From: Noviherbaspirillum sp.
Lineage (GTDB): Bacteria; Pseudomonadota; Gammaproteobacteria; Burkholderiales; Burkholderiaceae_D
Reading direction: 5' to 3'
NCBI RefSeq assembly: GCF_035254685.1
Contig: NZ_DATFAI010000043.1
Location: 17,604-81,603 of the forward strand
Length of the DNA: 64,000 nt
Below, piece after piece: positions 19,793 through 31,421 of this stretch (positions within the stretch are counted from its first letter, which is position 1; each line of letters opens with the position of its first letter). A model generated the notes under the pieces. The model had not been told where the DNA came from, searched no databases, and worked only from the letters and a program-made list of their open reading frames with translations. The position numbers and the translations under genes were made by a program.

Positions 19793-21763
19793 ATGACATT
19801 TGGCTCGATAACAAGCGTCTTCAGAAATGCAGCCCGCATGGGAGTGACCGGGTTTGCGGCGTTCATGCTCGTATCTTGTGGAGGGGGCGGAGGATCACCA
19901 GGAACCGTTGCCGGCAGCAGCGGATCCACGAATACAACGCCGACGTCGGTTTCCCTGCTGTTCAGCACGCCCGAACTTCCTTCGTCCGGCGCGAGCGGTA
20001 CGGAAGTGACCGTGACGGCAGTGGTAAAGAATGCGAGCAACAATACGATTGCCTCGACCCCGGTTACCTTCTCCGCTTCTTCTGGCGCTTTGAGCAATGT
20101 GTCGAGTTCGACCGATACGAGCGGAAAGGCGACAGCAACGCTTGGCACTTCGGGTGACAAGACCAATCGCACCATAACGGTTACTGCGAAGGCCGGAAAT
20201 GTTTCCACGACCGGAACCGTGACCGTCAGCGGAACCGCCGTTACGGCGACTGGGCCGACAACGGTCACTGGTGGCGGCACAGGCGATTTCGTGATTTCCG
20301 TGAAGGACTCGGCCGGCGTCGCAGTGGCCAATGTTCCTGTGACGATTTCTTCCGCGAAGGGAAATGCGATTGCAATCACCTCTTCGGGTGGCGGAAGTAC
20401 CTCTGCGCCACTTACCAGCTCGCTGGGGCAAGTAGCCATCCGTGTTTCTGGTTCGCAAGCTGGCACTGATACGCTGTCGATTGCCTCTCAAGGCGCAACG
20501 AAATCACTGTCCTTTACCGTAAATTCGGTCAGCCTGACCGTCGCCACAGTTGGAACGACTGTAAACAGCAGCGGCAATGCACAAACCAGCACCGGGATCT
20601 GCACCAAGCTTGTGACAAGCTATGCCAATGCCGGCGTACCGCAATCCGGCACGGTCAATATCACCGCTTCCCGTGGCACCCTGTATTCGGACAGCGCCTG
20701 CTCCTCGGTACTGTCGAGCAGCGGAGTACCTGTGACTGCAGGCAGTGCAGAGGCGTATATCAAATCGGAGACGGCCGGTGTTGCAACCATTATTGCCACG
20801 ATCGTCAATGGCCCGACGGCACAAACGACCCTGGAATTTGCCGCCCCGCTGACGTCGACCGCAACGATTACCCTGCAGGCCGATCCCGCAGTCATCGGAA
20901 CCAATGCAACTACCCAGAGCGAGCGGAGCCGCTTGACTGCAGTCGTGCGGGACGGTACTGCGTATAACAACCTGGTAAAGGATGCAGTTATCGAATTTAC
21001 CATCGTCAAGGATGGCAGCGGCGGCAGTCTGTCCAACCCGGTGGCTACTACGGCAAGCGACGGCACCGCAACGGTCGACTTCATTGCCGGCTCTGCCACC
21101 ACGGAGACAAATGGTGTCCAGATCCAGGCAAAAATCCAGGGCACGAGCAAGCTTGCGACGGCTACGCTGACTGTGTCCAGGAAATCCCTGTTCATTACTG
21201 CAGGCACAGGCAATTTACTCGAAGCACCGAGTTCGACGACCTACAGGCAAGACTATTCGGTATTCGTGACGGATGCCTCAGGCAATCCTGTGCCTAATGT
21301 TACTGTTACCGCATCGATTCGCGTGACCAGGTATCGCAAGGGTCAATACCACTATTACACGACGGACGACGTTACCGCCGGGCTGGTAAGCCAGGCAGGG
21401 TGGGGCGTGGTAAATACATCCACCTGCGCCAATGAGGATGTCAATCTGAACGGAATCCTGGACCCGGGCGAGGATACGAACCAGAATGGCATCCTCGACC
21501 CGAGGACGCCGGTGAATGTCACATCGAGTGGTCAAACCGATGCCAACGGTGTTGCAGTGGTTTCCATCCTGTACCCGAAAGATAGGGGAAACTGGACCGA
21601 GTCAATGCTGACGGTCCGGGGCAGTGTTGCGGGTACAGAGGCGACCTACAGCACACAGGCTTATTTCCTGCCGGTTCTTGCTTCCGACCTGCAGAATCAA
21701 ACTGTTCCCCCGCCGGGCAGTCCGAGTCCATATGGGATTGGTACATGTGACGTGGCGTACTAG
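19793..21763 (+). CDS. Ser/Thr-rich lipoprotein with about five bacterial Ig-like (Big_1, invasin-type) domains
   Basis: Lipobox LVSC plus Gly linker; repeated V(K/R/T)D.sGn.v...V.F...G motifs and T..(D/N)G.A motifs; stop codon overlaps the aroK start. Confidence 0.8.
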   Translation: MTFGSITSVFRNAARMGVTGFAAFMLVSCGGGGGSPGTVAGSSGSTNTTPTSVSLLFSTPELPSSGASGTEVTVTAVVKNASNNTIASTPVTFSASSGALSNVSSSTDTSGKATATLGTSGDKTNRTITVTAKAGNVSTTGTVTVSGTAVTATGPTTVTGGGTGDFVISVKDSAGVAVANVPVTISSAKGNAIAITSSGGGSTSAPLTSSLGQVAIRVSGSQAGTDTLSIASQGATKSLSFTVNSVSLTVATVGTTVNSSGNAQTSTGICTKLVTSYANAGVPQSGTVNITASRGTLYSDSACSSVLSSSGVPVTAGSAEAYIKSETAGVATIIATIVNGPTAQTTLEFAAPLTSTATITLQADPAVIGTNATTQSERSRLTAVVRDGTAYNNLVKDAVIEFTIVKDGSGGSLSNPVATTASDGTATVDFIAGSATTETNGVQIQAKIQGTSKLATATLTVSRKSLFITAGTGNLLEAPSSTTYRQDYSVFVTDASGNPVPNVTVTASIRVTRYRKGQYHYYTTDDVTAGLVSQAGWGVVNTSTCANEDVNLNGILDPGEDTNQNGILDPRTPVNVTSSGQTDANGVAVVSILYPKDRGNWTESMLTVRGSVAGTEATYSTQAYFLPVLASDLQNQTVPPPGSPSPYGIGTCDVAY

Positions 21764-22311
21764 TGTCTAATATTTTTCTCGTAGGCTTGATGGGCGCCGG
21801 CAAGACCACGGTCGGCCGTGCCCTCGCCAAAAAACTCGACAAACGCTTCATCGATTCCGATCATGAAATAGAGGCGCGCACCGGCGCTGCCATTCCATTG
21901 ATTTTCGAAATCGAGGGGGAAGCCGGTTTTCGCCAGCGCGAATCGGAAGTGATCCGCGAGTTGACACAATTGAACGATATCGTTCTTGCTACCGGCGGCG
22001 GAGCGATCCTGCGTCCGGAAAATCGCGAATACCTGAAAACACGCGGGACCGTGATTTACCTGCGGGCGAGCGTCAACGCCATCCTCCAGCGCACCAGCCA
22101 CGACAAGAACCGCCCCTTGCTGCAGACCGCCGATCCGCGCCAGCGGCTCGAACAGCTGGCGAGGGAACGGGAGCCTTATTACATGGAAGTTGCCGATCTT
22201 GTCATCGATACCGGCCGTCCTAACGTACAATCACTGGTGCAGACCATCCTGACCCAGCTGGAAACGGTGACCAAGGGCCGGGGCGAGGATAAGACGAACC
22301 CAACTTCCTGA
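21763..22311 (+). CDS. aroK: Shikimate kinase
   Basis: [10 protein letters not shown]-loop, DSDHEI, ATGGG and RPLL. Confidence 0.96.
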   Translation: MSNIFLVGLMGAGKTTVGRALAKKLDKRFIDSDHEIEARTGAAIPLIFEIEGEAGFRQRESEVIRELTQLNDIVLATGGGAILRPENREYLKTRGTVIYLRASVNAILQRTSHDKNRPLLQTADPRQRLEQLAREREPYYMEVADLVIDTGRPNVQSLVQTILTQLETVTKGRGEDKTNPTS

Positions 22312-22320
22312 CACTTTTTG

Positions 22321-23421
22321 ATGATGACGCAACACGCTTCCCCGATTACCTTGCATGTCGACCTCGGGGATCGCAGCTATCCGATTTTCATCGGACAATC
22401 GCTTTTGTCCGATTCTGACTTCATCAGCCGCCATGTCGCAGGCAAGCGTGCTGCGATTGTGACCAACACCACGGTTGGTCCGCTCTACCTCGACAAGGTG
22501 GTGCGCGAGCTTTCCAACGCAGGCAAGCAGGTCACGACGATCGTCTTGCCCGACGGCGAAGAGGAGAAAAACTGGCCCAGCCTGATGCGTGTCTTCGATG
22601 TGCTTCTCCAGGAAAAATGCGACCGCAAGACCACCCTCGTGGCGCTGGGCGGCGGCGTCATCGGCGACCTGACCGGTTTTGCCGCGGCCACTTACATGCG
22701 CGGCGTGCCCTTCATCCAGGTACCGACCACCTTGCTGTCGCAGGTCGATTCTTCCGTCGGCGGCAAGACCGGCATCAACCATCCGCTGGGCAAGAACATG
22801 ATCGGCGCGTTCTACCAGCCGCGCGCGGTGATTGCGGATACGTCGACGCTGGATACCTTGCCGCCGCGCGAGCTGTCCGCCGGCCTGGCCGAAGTCATCA
22901 AGTATGGCGCCATCATTGATGTGGCGTTTTTCGACTGGATCGAAGCAAACATCGCGAAGCTGGCTGGCAGGGATGCGGATGCATTGGCATACGCCATCAA
23001 GCGTTCCTGCGAGCTCAAGGCCGATGTCGTGCGGCAGGACGAACGTGAAGGAGGGCTGCGCGCCATCCTTAATTTCGGCCACACTTTCGGTCACGCCATC
23101 GAGGCAGGCCTTGGTTATGGCGAATGGCTGCATGGCGAGGCGGTCGGTTGCGGCATGGTGATGGCCGCTGATCTGTCGCACCGCCTTGGCTTTATCGATG
23201 CATCCACGAAAGAGCGTGTGGCCGCGCTGGTCAAGGCCGCCGGCCTGCCCGTCGTGGCGCCGGATCTCGGCAAGGAGCGGTGGCTGGAACTCATGCAGGT
23301 CGACAAGAAGAATGAAGGCGGACAGATCAAGTTCATCCTGCTCAAGCCTCTCGGTTCGTCGGTCATCATGCCGGCGCCGCAGGACGTGCTGCTGGCAACC
23401 CTGGATGCCTGTGTCAGATAG
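22321..23421 (+). CDS. aroB: 3-dehydroquinate synthase
   Basis: [24 protein letters not shown] and [10 protein letters not shown]. Confidence 0.97.
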   Translation: MMTQHASPITLHVDLGDRSYPIFIGQSLLSDSDFISRHVAGKRAAIVTNTTVGPLYLDKVVRELSNAGKQVTTIVLPDGEEEKNWPSLMRVFDVLLQEKCDRKTTLVALGGGVIGDLTGFAAATYMRGVPFIQVPTTLLSQVDSSVGGKTGINHPLGKNMIGAFYQPRAVIADTSTLDTLPPRELSAGLAEVIKYGAIIDVAFFDWIEANIAKLAGRDADALAYAIKRSCELKADVVRQDEREGGLRAILNFGHTFGHAIEAGLGYGEWLHGEAVGCGMVMAADLSHRLGFIDASTKERVAALVKAAGLPVVAPDLGKERWLELMQVDKKNEGGQIKFILLKPLGSSVIMPAPQDVLLATLDACVR

Positions 23422-24570
23422 ATGAAACACGACGCCAACCTCGCACCTTACGCCGCTCGGCCAGAGGCATCGCGGGGACGGCGTTTCCCCGAACCGCCGC
23501 CCGCATCCCGCAGCGAATTCCAGCGCGATCGCGACCGCATCATCCACTCCACGGCATTCAGGCGGCTCGAATACAAAACGCAGGTGTTCGTCAATCACGA
23601 GGGCGACCTGTTCCGCACGCGCCTGACGCACAGCATTGAAGTCGCGCAGATCGGACGCTCCATCGCGCGGAACCTGCGCCTGAATGAAGACCTGGTCGAA
23701 GCAATCTCGCTCGCCCACGACCTGGGGCACACGCCCTTCGGCCACGCTGGTCAGGAAGCGCTCAATGCCGCCATGAAGGACTACGGTGGTTTCGAGCACA
23801 ACCTGCAAAGCCTGCGCGTGGTCGATGAACTGGAGGAGCATTACGGCGCGTTCGACGGCCTGAATCTGATGTTCGAAACGCGCGAGGGCGTCCTCAAGCA
23901 CTGCTCGCATGCGAATGCCTCGCAGCTCGGCGACATCGGCCTGCGCTTCCTCCAGCGCAAGCAGCCGACGCTGGAAGCGCAGCTAGCGAACCTTGCCGAT
24001 GAAATCGCCTACAACAACCATGATGTCGACGACGGATTGCGCTCAGGCCTGCTGACCACCGCGCAGCTCGATGAAATCGAATTCTACGCGCAGCATCGCA
24101 GGGAGGTGGAGACAGTGTATCCCGGCATCAGCGGACGGCGCGCGATCCATGAAACCATCCGGCGCATGATCAATGCGCTGATCGTCGACCTGATCAATGC
24201 ATCGCAGGCGCGCATCCAGGAGGCCGGATTGAAGACGGTGGACGATGTGCGCAATTCGCCCGCCCTGATCACGTTCTCCGACGACATGCAGGCGCAGGCG
24301 GCGCAATTGAAGCGATTTCTGCGTGAGAACCTGTATCGCCATTACATGGTGAACCGCATGACCAGCAAGGCCCGCCGCATCGTGCACGAGATGTTCGATG
24401 CATTCATGCAGGAGCCGCGCCTGCTGCCGCCCGACTACCAGGTTGTGGTGGGTGATGGTGAGGACAAGGCCCGCGCGCAGGCCCGCAAAGTGGCTGATTA
24501 CATCGCCGGCATGACGGATCGTTACGCGATCCGCGAACACCGGCGACTATTCCGGATCGACGAGATCTGA
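23422..24570 (+). CDS. dgt: Deoxyguanosinetriphosphate triphosphohydrolase-like HD protein
   Basis: [20 protein letters not shown] and [11 protein letters not shown]. Confidence 0.92.
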   Translation: MKHDANLAPYAARPEASRGRRFPEPPPASRSEFQRDRDRIIHSTAFRRLEYKTQVFVNHEGDLFRTRLTHSIEVAQIGRSIARNLRLNEDLVEAISLAHDLGHTPFGHAGQEALNAAMKDYGGFEHNLQSLRVVDELEEHYGAFDGLNLMFETREGVLKHCSHANASQLGDIGLRFLQRKQPTLEAQLANLADEIAYNNHDVDDGLRSGLLTTAQLDEIEFYAQHRREVETVYPGISGRRAIHETIRRMINALIVDLINASQARIQEAGLKTVDDVRNSPALITFSDDMQAQAAQLKRFLRENLYRHYMVNRMTSKARRIVHEMFDAFMQEPRLLPPDYQVVVGDGEDKARAQARKVADYIAGMTDRYAIREHRRLFRIDEI

Positions 24571-24575
24571 CTTGG

Positions 24576-25667
24576 TCAAGCGAGCTCGCGCAACGGGTGC
24601 GCGTGAGCCGGCCATGCCGGTTCAAAGAAGCGCTCGATCATGTCTGCCGTGACTTCCGCCCAGGTCGCGGGCGACCATTTCGGTGCGTTGTCCTTGTCGA
24701 TGACCACCGAGCGGATACCTTCCAGCACTTCGCCCTGTTCAAAGCAGCGGCGGACCATCGTGCGTTCCATGCGCAGGCACTCCGCCACGCTCATGGTTGC
24801 GCCGCGGCGCACCTGGGCTAGCGTCGCGCACATCATCAGCGGCGAGCGCTTCTTCATCGTCTCGAGCGTTTTCTGCGCGAAGTCGCTCGCGTCGGTCGCG
24901 AGCGAGGCGGCAATCGCGGTGACCGCATCATGCGCGAAGTGCCGGTCAATGGCGGCGCGTTCCTGTGCAAGCATGCTGCGCGCAGGATCAGCCTGTTCCG
25001 TGAATTCCGCCGCGAATGCGCGAACCGCCGCGCGCACGTCCGGCGCCTGCGTTGTCTGCAGCATGGCGACGAGCGCGGGAAGCTGCGCAGAGGGGACATA
25101 GACATCGGCCAGGTCCGCGTAAAGCGCGTCCGCTGCGCCGACCACTTCGCCGCTGACCCCGAGATAAGCGCCGAGCTGACCGGGTGCGCGCGAAAGGAAG
25201 TAGCTGCCGCCGACATCCGGGAACAAGCCGATATTCACTTCCGGCATCGCCATCTTCGTACGCTCGGTGACTATGCGCAGGCGATTACTGGCCCCGCCCT
25301 GCGCGACGCCCATCCCACCGCCCATCACGATGCCGTCCATCAGCGCGATGTACGGCTTCGGATAGTGATGGATGAGATGGTTGAGCGCGTATTCTTCCGT
25401 GAAGAAGTCTTCGAGGAGCGCGCTGCCGCCCTGCGGCGTGCTGCGGCCTGCGTCATGAAAGAAGCGGATATCGCCACCGGCGCAGAATGCCCTTTCGCTG
25501 CTGCCGTGGATCAGAACTGTACGTACCCCTTCGTCGCTGCGCCATGCCAGCAACGTGGCCGTGATCGTACGGATCATGTCGAGCGAGAGAGAATTGAGTG
25601 CCTTGGGGCGATCAAGGGTGATGAAGCCGATGTTGTTGGTGACGGCGAAGCGGACGAATTCAGTCAT
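24576..25667 (-). CDS. Enoyl-CoA hydratase/isomerase family protein, 3-hydroxyisobutyryl-CoA hydrolase-like
   Basis: LDRPKALNSL, AFCAGGDI, GIVMGGG and PEVNIGLFPDVG. Confidence 0.88.
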   Translation of the reverse strand: MTEFVRFAVTNNIGFITLDRPKALNSLSLDMIRTITATLLAWRSDEGVRTVLIHGSSERAFCAGGDIRFFHDAGRSTPQGGSALLEDFFTEEYALNHLIHHYPKPYIALMDGIVMGGGMGVAQGGASNRLRIVTERTKMAMPEVNIGLFPDVGGSYFLSRAPGQLGAYLGVSGEVVGAADALYADLADVYVPSAQLPALVAMLQTTQAPDVRAAVRAFAAEFTEQADPARSMLAQERAAIDRHFAHDAVTAIAASLATDASDFAQKTLETMKKRSPLMMCATLAQVRRGATMSVAECLRMERTMVRRCFEQGEVLEGIRSVVIDKDNAPKWSPATWAEVTADMIERFFEPAWPAHAHPLRELA

Positions 25668-25791
25668 GACGGCATTGATGGTGAATGGTCGTCGTATTTT
25701 AGCGGCATTGCAAAAACGTTTCAGTCACTGCGCCGACATTCGTCCGCAGCACGAAGCCCGCCGTGTGCAGATCGCGAGGCAGGAGGCCAAT

Positions 25792-25824
25792 AAAAAAGGG
25801 CGCACCCTTTGCATGTGCGCCCTT
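25792..25824 (-). terminator. Terminator ending the rpoN-hpf transcript
   Basis: AAGGGCGCAC-N9-GTGCGCCCTT with a 6-A run on the left, which is a U tail on the minus strand. Confidence 0.75.
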
Positions 25825-25865
25825 CATCATTTCCGCCGGCTTGCCCGACGGAGGAGGCGGCAAAT

Positions 25866-26213
25866 CTAGGCTGCCGGCTGCGTCTCCGGCATGCGCTTGA
25901 TCGCTGCGTGCTGATGATCCTGAAGTCTGGCTTTATGTCTGAGGACCTGGCGGTCCAGCTTGTCGATCAGCGTGTCGATCGCGGCATAGAGGTCTTCCGA
26001 GATGCTTTCCACGTGAATGACATTTCCTCGCAGACGTACGTTGATTTCGGCTTTCTGTCTCTTTTCTTTTTCGGGGAGCTTTTCCACGGCCAGGATGACC
26101 GCTACATCAATGACATGATCGAAATGGCGTTTGATCCTCTCCAGCTTCGTCTGCACATACTCACGAATGGAGGGGGTCAATTCGAGATGATGTCCACTGA
26201 TTGTGAGATTCAT
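25866..26213 (-). CDS. hpf: Ribosome hibernation promoting factor (HPF/RaiA)
   Basis: [13 protein letters not shown] and [16 protein letters not shown]; follows rpoN. Confidence 0.93.
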   Translation of the reverse strand: MNLTISGHHLELTPSIREYVQTKLERIKRHFDHVIDVAVILAVEKLPEKEKRQKAEINVRLRGNVIHVESISEDLYAAIDTLIDKLDRQVLRHKARLQDHQHAAIKRMPETQPAA

Positions 26214-26317
26214 ACGCGCTCCTAAGATTGGTGTCGCCGGAGGTTCCCAACATGCCTGCATTCGCGTAGCAGGGTACGCCGGAACACAGCAACGAAGACA
26301 ACACTACAACACAAGAA

Positions 26318-27811
26318 CTACAGGGATTTGCGCAGATTCACTGGAGGGATTTTCAGAGCCTCGCGATACTTCGCGACTGTGCGCCGTGCCACGACCATGC
26401 CCTGTTCCCCCAACATATCCGCGATTTTGCTGTCTGAAAATGGATTCTTGGGGTCTTCTGCTCCTATCAACTGTTTGATCAGTGCACGTATCGCCGTCGA
26501 AGACGCTTCTCCTCCCGCTTCGGTGGCGACATGGCTACCGAAAAAGTACTTCAACTCGAACATGCCGTGAGGAGTGAGCATGTATTTTTGAGTTGTTACA
26601 CGAGAAATAGTGCTCTCGTGTAAACCAAGTGTATCAGCAATTTCACGCAGCACAAGAGGGCGCATGGCGACCGCGCCGTGCGAGAAAAAGTTGCGTTGCC
26701 GATCGACAATGGCTTGTGCAACGCGCAAGATCGTGTCGAAGCGCTGCCGCATGTTCTTGATGAGCCATTTGGCCTCCTGCAGCTGAGAAGTGAGCGATCC
26801 CTCACCCTTGCTCTGCTTGAGGATGTTGGCATACATCGCATTCACGCGCAGCCGCGGCATGACATCGTGATTGAGCATCACCTGCCAGCCGTTCTTTGTT
26901 TTCTTGACAATGACATCGGGCACGACGAAATCCGATGTGTCGGAGGCGAACAGCGCGCCGGGATGCGGATTGCAGCGCTTGATCACGTGTTGTGCCTCGC
27001 GCAGGTCTTCATCGTCGCAATCCAGGATTTTCTTCAGCTTGTTGAAGTCACGTTGCGCGAACAGCGCGAGGTGATTCTCGACGATGTCGAGCGCGCGCCG
27101 GCGTGTGACGAGCGGCACCTTCGGAAAGCGCCTGATCTGGATCGACAGGCATTCCGACGCATTGCGCGCGGCGACGCCGGCAGGATCGAAACTCTGCAGC
27201 AATTTCAGCGCGACGCGCAACTCCTCGATGTCGATTTCAAGTTCTTCCGGGAGCCGCGCATGGATTTCTTCCAGCGGCTCGTCCAGGTAACCGTTGTCAT
27301 TCAAGGCGTCGATGATCAATTCGACGAGCGCCCGGTCGCGCGCCTCATGCACGGTCAGGCGCATCTGTTCCAGCAGATGCTCGCGCAGCGTCGTTTCGTG
27401 CGCTTCGAGTTGCGGACGCGAGTCATCGTCTTCCGGCGCCTTGGATGTCCGGGCCACGTCGTCAAAGCTCCAGTCGCTTTCGCCGGACGAGGCGCCATCG
27501 CCGCTGTCGCCGCCTTCAAATCCGCCTTCGGATTCTTCCGGACCGGATGATGATCCTGCCTCGGCGGCCGGCGTTTCCGTAGTGCTTGCGCTTGATGCCG
27601 CCGGCGTCGCGCTGATGGCGCCGTCCGCCAGCAGGCGGACGGAATTGTCGAGCGGATCATCGATGCGTTCAAGCATCGGGTTATCGGAAAGGATCTGTTC
27701 CAGCTCCTGGTGCAGCTCGAGCGTCGACAGCTGCAGCAGTCGGATCGATTGCTGCAGCTGGGGCGTCAGCGCAAGATGTTGCGAGATTCGAAGTTGGAGA
27801 GTCTGTTTCAT
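26318..27811 (-). CDS. rpoN: RNA polymerase sigma-54 factor
   Basis: [26 protein letters not shown] and the RpoN box [10 protein letters not shown]. Confidence 0.98.
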   Translation of the reverse strand: MKQTLQLRISQHLALTPQLQQSIRLLQLSTLELHQELEQILSDNPMLERIDDPLDNSVRLLADGAISATPAASSASTTETPAAEAGSSSGPEESEGGFEGGDSGDGASSGESDWSFDDVARTSKAPEDDDSRPQLEAHETTLREHLLEQMRLTVHEARDRALVELIIDALNDNGYLDEPLEEIHARLPEELEIDIEELRVALKLLQSFDPAGVAARNASECLSIQIRRFPKVPLVTRRRALDIVENHLALFAQRDFNKLKKILDCDDEDLREAQHVIKRCNPHPGALFASDTSDFVVPDVIVKKTKNGWQVMLNHDVMPRLRVNAMYANILKQSKGEGSLTSQLQEAKWLIKNMRQRFDTILRVAQAIVDRQRNFFSHGAVAMRPLVLREIADTLGLHESTISRVTTQKYMLTPHGMFELKYFFGSHVATEAGGEASSTAIRALIKQLIGAEDPKNPFSDSKIADMLGEQGMVVARRTVAKYREALKIPPVNLRKSL

Positions 27812-27829
27812 TTGTTTGCCAAGCTTCCC

Positions 27830-28576
27830 TTACATCCGGAAGTGTTCGCCAAGGTAGACCCGCCGCACCGACTCGTTGGCGATGATGTCGTCCGGCCGGC
27901 CGCTGGCGAGTACGGAACCCTGGTTGATGATATACGCGCGATCACAGATGCCAAGCGTTTCGCGCACGTTGTGGTCCGTGATCAGCACGCCGATGCCGCG
28001 CTCCTTCAGGAAACGCACGATGCGCTGGATCTCGATCACCGCGATCGGATCGACGCCGGCGAATGGTTCGTCCAGCAGCACGAAGCGCGGATTGGTCGCC
28101 AGCGCGCGCGCAATCTCGACGCGCCGCCGTTCGCCGCCCGACAGGGAGAGCGCTTGGTTTTCGCGCAAGCGCTCGATCTGCAAATCGGCGAGCAGTGTAT
28201 TCAGCCGCTTTTCGATTTCAGCCCGCGACAGCGGCTTGTCATTGACGCGCTGCAATTCCAGCACGGCGCGGATATTATCTTCCACGCTCAGCTTGCGGAA
28301 TACTGATGCTTCCTGCGGTAAGTATGACAGACCGAGCACCGCACGGCGATGGATCGGCAGGCGGGAAATCCCGACGCCGTTCAGATCGATCTCGCCGGCA
28401 TCGGACGGCACCAGGCCCACGATCATGTAGAACGATGTGGTTTTGCCGGCGCCGTTCGGGCCGAGCAGTCCTACCACTTCACCGCTCTCCACTTCCAGCG
28501 AGACGTCGCTAACCACCTGGCGCGCACCATAACTTTTCTGCAGACCGCGGACGACCAAAGTACTTGCCATCGTCAT
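27830..28576 (-). CDS. lptB: LPS export ABC ATPase LptB
   Basis: [25 protein letters not shown] and [10 protein letters not shown]. Confidence 0.96.
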   Translation of the reverse strand: MTMASTLVVRGLQKSYGARQVVSDVSLEVESGEVVGLLGPNGAGKTTSFYMIVGLVPSDAGEIDLNGVGISRLPIHRRAVLGLSYLPQEASVFRKLSVEDNIRAVLELQRVNDKPLSRAEIEKRLNTLLADLQIERLRENQALSLSGGERRRVEIARALATNPRFVLLDEPFAGVDPIAVIEIQRIVRFLKERGIGVLITDHNVRETLGICDRAYIINQGSVLASGRPDDIIANESVRRVYLGEHFRM

Positions 28577-29124
28577 TTTTCCTTTGATTCCGTGCGTGGC
28601 TGGATTACAGCTTTGATGCGCCCGCCGCCCGGCTTGTTCTCGCCGGAGGGTGTGTTGTTGACCGTGAAAAACTCGGCGCGGCTGTCGTACGAAATGAATT
28701 CACCTTCGACCTCATCGGTCGGCTTCGTTCCTTCCAGCCTGCGCATCTTCGCCTTCGAAAACAGTTTCACCATCTCCGTCTTGCCGTCGTACTCGATACG
28801 CTCCGCCTGTCCTTCCACCCACTGGTTGGGGCCGGCATCGCGTTTCTGCCGGAAGGTCGCCAAGCCGCCCGGCGGTGCCAGCAGCGTTGCATGCTGGTAA
28901 CCGGCCGGATCTTGCGAAACGATCAGCTTGTTGGCATGCATGACAAGCGTGCCGCGCGTTAGCACCACATTGCCGATGAATGTGTTGACCTGCTTGACGT
29001 CGTCGTAGAGCATCTGGTCGGCTTCGACGTTGGTCGGTTTCTCGGAATCCGCTTTCTCCGCATGGGCGCCGCCTGCGACAGTTGCCATGAGTGTCAACAG
29101 TAGCAAGGAGAAAATCTGTTTCAT
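28573..29124 (-). CDS. lptA: LPS transport periplasmic protein LptA
   Basis: Signal peptide and OstA-like beta-jellyroll; operon position. Confidence 0.92.
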   Translation of the reverse strand: MKQIFSLLLLTLMATVAGGAHAEKADSEKPTNVEADQMLYDDVKQVNTFIGNVVLTRGTLVMHANKLIVSQDPAGYQHATLLAPPGGLATFRQKRDAGPNQWVEGQAERIEYDGKTEMVKLFSKAKMRRLEGTKPTDEVEGEFISYDSRAEFFTVNNTPSGENKPGGGRIKAVIQPRTESKEK

Positions 29125-29162
29125 GAATGGTCTCGAAAGTGGTGCGTCAGTTATATCCGGAT

Positions 29163-29756
29163 TTATCGTAGCGGAGCTTGATACGTGCCATGAACATTGC
29201 TGGTCAGGCGGAATTCGCGCTTCGCGTTATCAACGAACATGCCGACGCCATTGAGCGTCGAAGACCCGAGGCGGATCTCCACCGGCTTGTCGGTCTTCAT
29301 GATTTCGTCGTCGGGCAGCACCAGCATGTAATTGGATGTCGCGTGCAGGTGCTGCGTCGTGGGTGATTCCGGACGATCGAGCTGCACGTTGTCGAACAGT
29401 TGCACCCGACTGTTGTCGCTGTTGACGTGTGCGCGCTCGGCGCGCATCGTCATCGGCACCTGCGCTTCGCCGATGCTGTTGATGACAGGCAGCGTGATGT
29501 CATACGAATCATCGAGCGGATTGTGCGTCAGCTTTGCGCCGGAAAAGTGGTATTGCACCTTGCCCGTCTTTCCCAGTTTCACGTAGCTGAATTTCTCGAC
29601 GTAAAAGTCTGGCTCGCTGCGCTGCCGGTCGGGAATGTAATCGCTGGCGGACCGGCGCATTGCTTCCAGCAGCCAGAAGCTGCCGAGCGCCAGCGCGATG
29701 ACTGGCAGAGCGATGGCCAGCACGCGAAAGCGGATTCCCGTGCGTCCGCTCATCAT
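29163..29756 (-). CDS. lptC: LPS export protein LptC
   Basis: N-terminal TM helix and EPDFYVEKF; lies between kdsC and lptA; start at MMSGRT. Confidence 0.88.
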   Translation of the reverse strand: MMSGRTGIRFRVLAIALPVIALALGSFWLLEAMRRSASDYIPDRQRSEPDFYVEKFSYVKLGKTGKVQYHFSGAKLTHNPLDDSYDITLPVINSIGEAQVPMTMRAERAHVNSDNSRVQLFDNVQLDRPESPTTQHLHATSNYMLVLPDDEIMKTDKPVEIRLGSSTLNGVGMFVDNAKREFRLTSNVHGTYQAPLR

Positions 29757-30280
29757 TCCAGGTACGGCGCAAGCACCGCCTCGTAGTTGCCCTGCGCACG
29801 CAGGATGAAATCGCAGAGTTCGCGCGCTGCGCCGCGTCCGCCGCCAGCCTGGGTGACAAGATGGACGCGGGCGCGCACTTCTGCATGCCCGTTCGGCACG
29901 CTCGCAGCAAAGCCGCAGCGCAGCAGGATGGGCAGGTCGATTACGTCGTCGCCGATGAACCCGCAAGACTCCTGCGGCGTGCCGGTGTCGGCCAGCAATT
30001 TCTCGAACGCGGCGCGCTTGTTGTGCACGCCCTGGTAAACATGCTGGATGCCAAGGTCGGCGGCGCGCTTTTCGACGATATCCGATTTGCGTGCACTGAT
30101 GATCGCCGTCGCCACACCGGAGCGCTGCAGCAGCTTGATGCCGTGTCCGTCGAGCACGTTGAAGGTCTTGATCACTTCACCGCTCGGGCCGTAATGCAGG
30201 CTGCCGTCGGTGAGGATGCCGTCAACATCGAAAATCATGAGCCGTATGCGCGCGGCTCTCGCGACCGCATCGTCTCGCAT
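29753..30280 (-). CDS. kdsC: KDO 8-phosphate phosphatase
   Basis: HAD motif FDVDGILTDG, DGHGI and GDDVIDLP. Confidence 0.93.
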   Translation of the reverse strand: MRDDAVARAARIRLMIFDVDGILTDGSLHYGPSGEVIKTFNVLDGHGIKLLQRSGVATAIISARKSDIVEKRAADLGIQHVYQGVHNKRAAFEKLLADTGTPQESCGFIGDDVIDLPILLRCGFAASVPNGHAEVRARVHLVTQAGGGRGAARELCDFILRAQGNYEAVLAPYLE

Positions 30281-31308
30281 CAGATCACCTTGGCCCGGGT
30301 CAGGTCGTGGATGTGCAGCGCGCCGACCAGTTTTCCATCGGTATCCGCCACCAGCAGCTGGTTGATGCGGAACTGCTCCATGACTTCGACGGCCTCCACT
30401 GCCAGCTGGTCCGGGCCGATGGTGCGCGGATTGTGGTGCATCACGTCCGACATCTTCAGCTTGCCGAAGTCCTGCACGTTTTCGATCAGGCGCCGCAAGT
30501 CGCCGTCGGTGAACACGCCGATGACCTTGTCCGCGTCGTCCACCACGGCAGTCATCGCCATGCCCTTCTTGGTGATTTCGAGCAAGGCGGCCGGCAGGGA
30601 AATGTCAGGCGTGACAGAAGGAACGGCGTCGCCGCTGCGCATCACGTCGCGTACATGCGTGAGCAGGCGCCGGCCGAGCGCGCCGCCGGGATGCGAAAGG
30701 GCAAAGTCTTCTTCACGGAAACCGCGCGCGTCCAGCAAGGCCACGGCGAGCGCATCGCCGAGTGCGAGCGTGACGGTGGTGCTCGCGGTCGGCGCGAGAT
30801 TCAGCGGGCAGGCTTCCTTTTCGACGCGCGCATCCAGATGGATGTCGGCAAGCTGCGCGAGGCGCGATGCCTCGTTGCCGGTAATGGCAATCAGCTTGGC
30901 GCCCATGCGCCGGATGATGGGGATGATGGCGATGAACTCGGCCGCTTCGCCGGAGTTGGAAATGGCGATCAGTACATCGTTCTGCGTGATCATGCCGAGG
31001 TCGCCATGCAGGGCTTCCGCGGCATGCACAAAGAGGGCGGGGGTGCCGGTCGAGGCCAGTGTGGCGGCAATCTTGCGCGCGATATGGCCGGACTTGCCGA
31101 TACCGGATACCACGACACGCCCGTTGCATTGCAACAATAACGCGACGGCTTGCGCAAAGACGTCGCCCGGTTTGCCGGAAAGCCGATCTTTCAGTGCCAG
31201 GATGGCGTCCGCTTCGATCTGCAGCGTTTCGCAAGCCAGATCCAGCGCACGTTGTGCACTTTTTATATCAAAAGCTTTCGGCGGGGATTTTGCATCGGTT
31301 ACACTCAT
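30280..31308 (-). CDS. kdsD: Arabinose-5-phosphate isomerase (KpsF/GutQ family, SIS plus CBS domains)
   Basis: GIGKSGHIA, HGDLG, LAPTAST and HPGGALG. Confidence 0.94.
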   Translation of the reverse strand: MSVTDAKSPPKAFDIKSAQRALDLACETLQIEADAILALKDRLSGKPGDVFAQAVALLLQCNGRVVVSGIGKSGHIARKIAATLASTGTPALFVHAAEALHGDLGMITQNDVLIAISNSGEAAEFIAIIPIIRRMGAKLIAITGNEASRLAQLADIHLDARVEKEACPLNLAPTASTTVTLALGDALAVALLDARGFREEDFALSHPGGALGRRLLTHVRDVMRSGDAVPSVTPDISLPAALLEITKKGMAMTAVVDDADKVIGVFTDGDLRRLIENVQDFGKLKMSDVMHHNPRTIGPDQLAVEAVEVMEQFRINQLLVADTDGKLVGALHIHDLTRAKVI

Positions 31309-31421
31309 GCGGGAAGTATAAACGAATTGTGAAAGCAAAAAACCTGCCAGTCATAACAAAAATCTGCGCCTTGCCTGTCAAAACGGCAAGCGTGCGCGGC
31401 AATTCGATGCCCTGCTCATAA

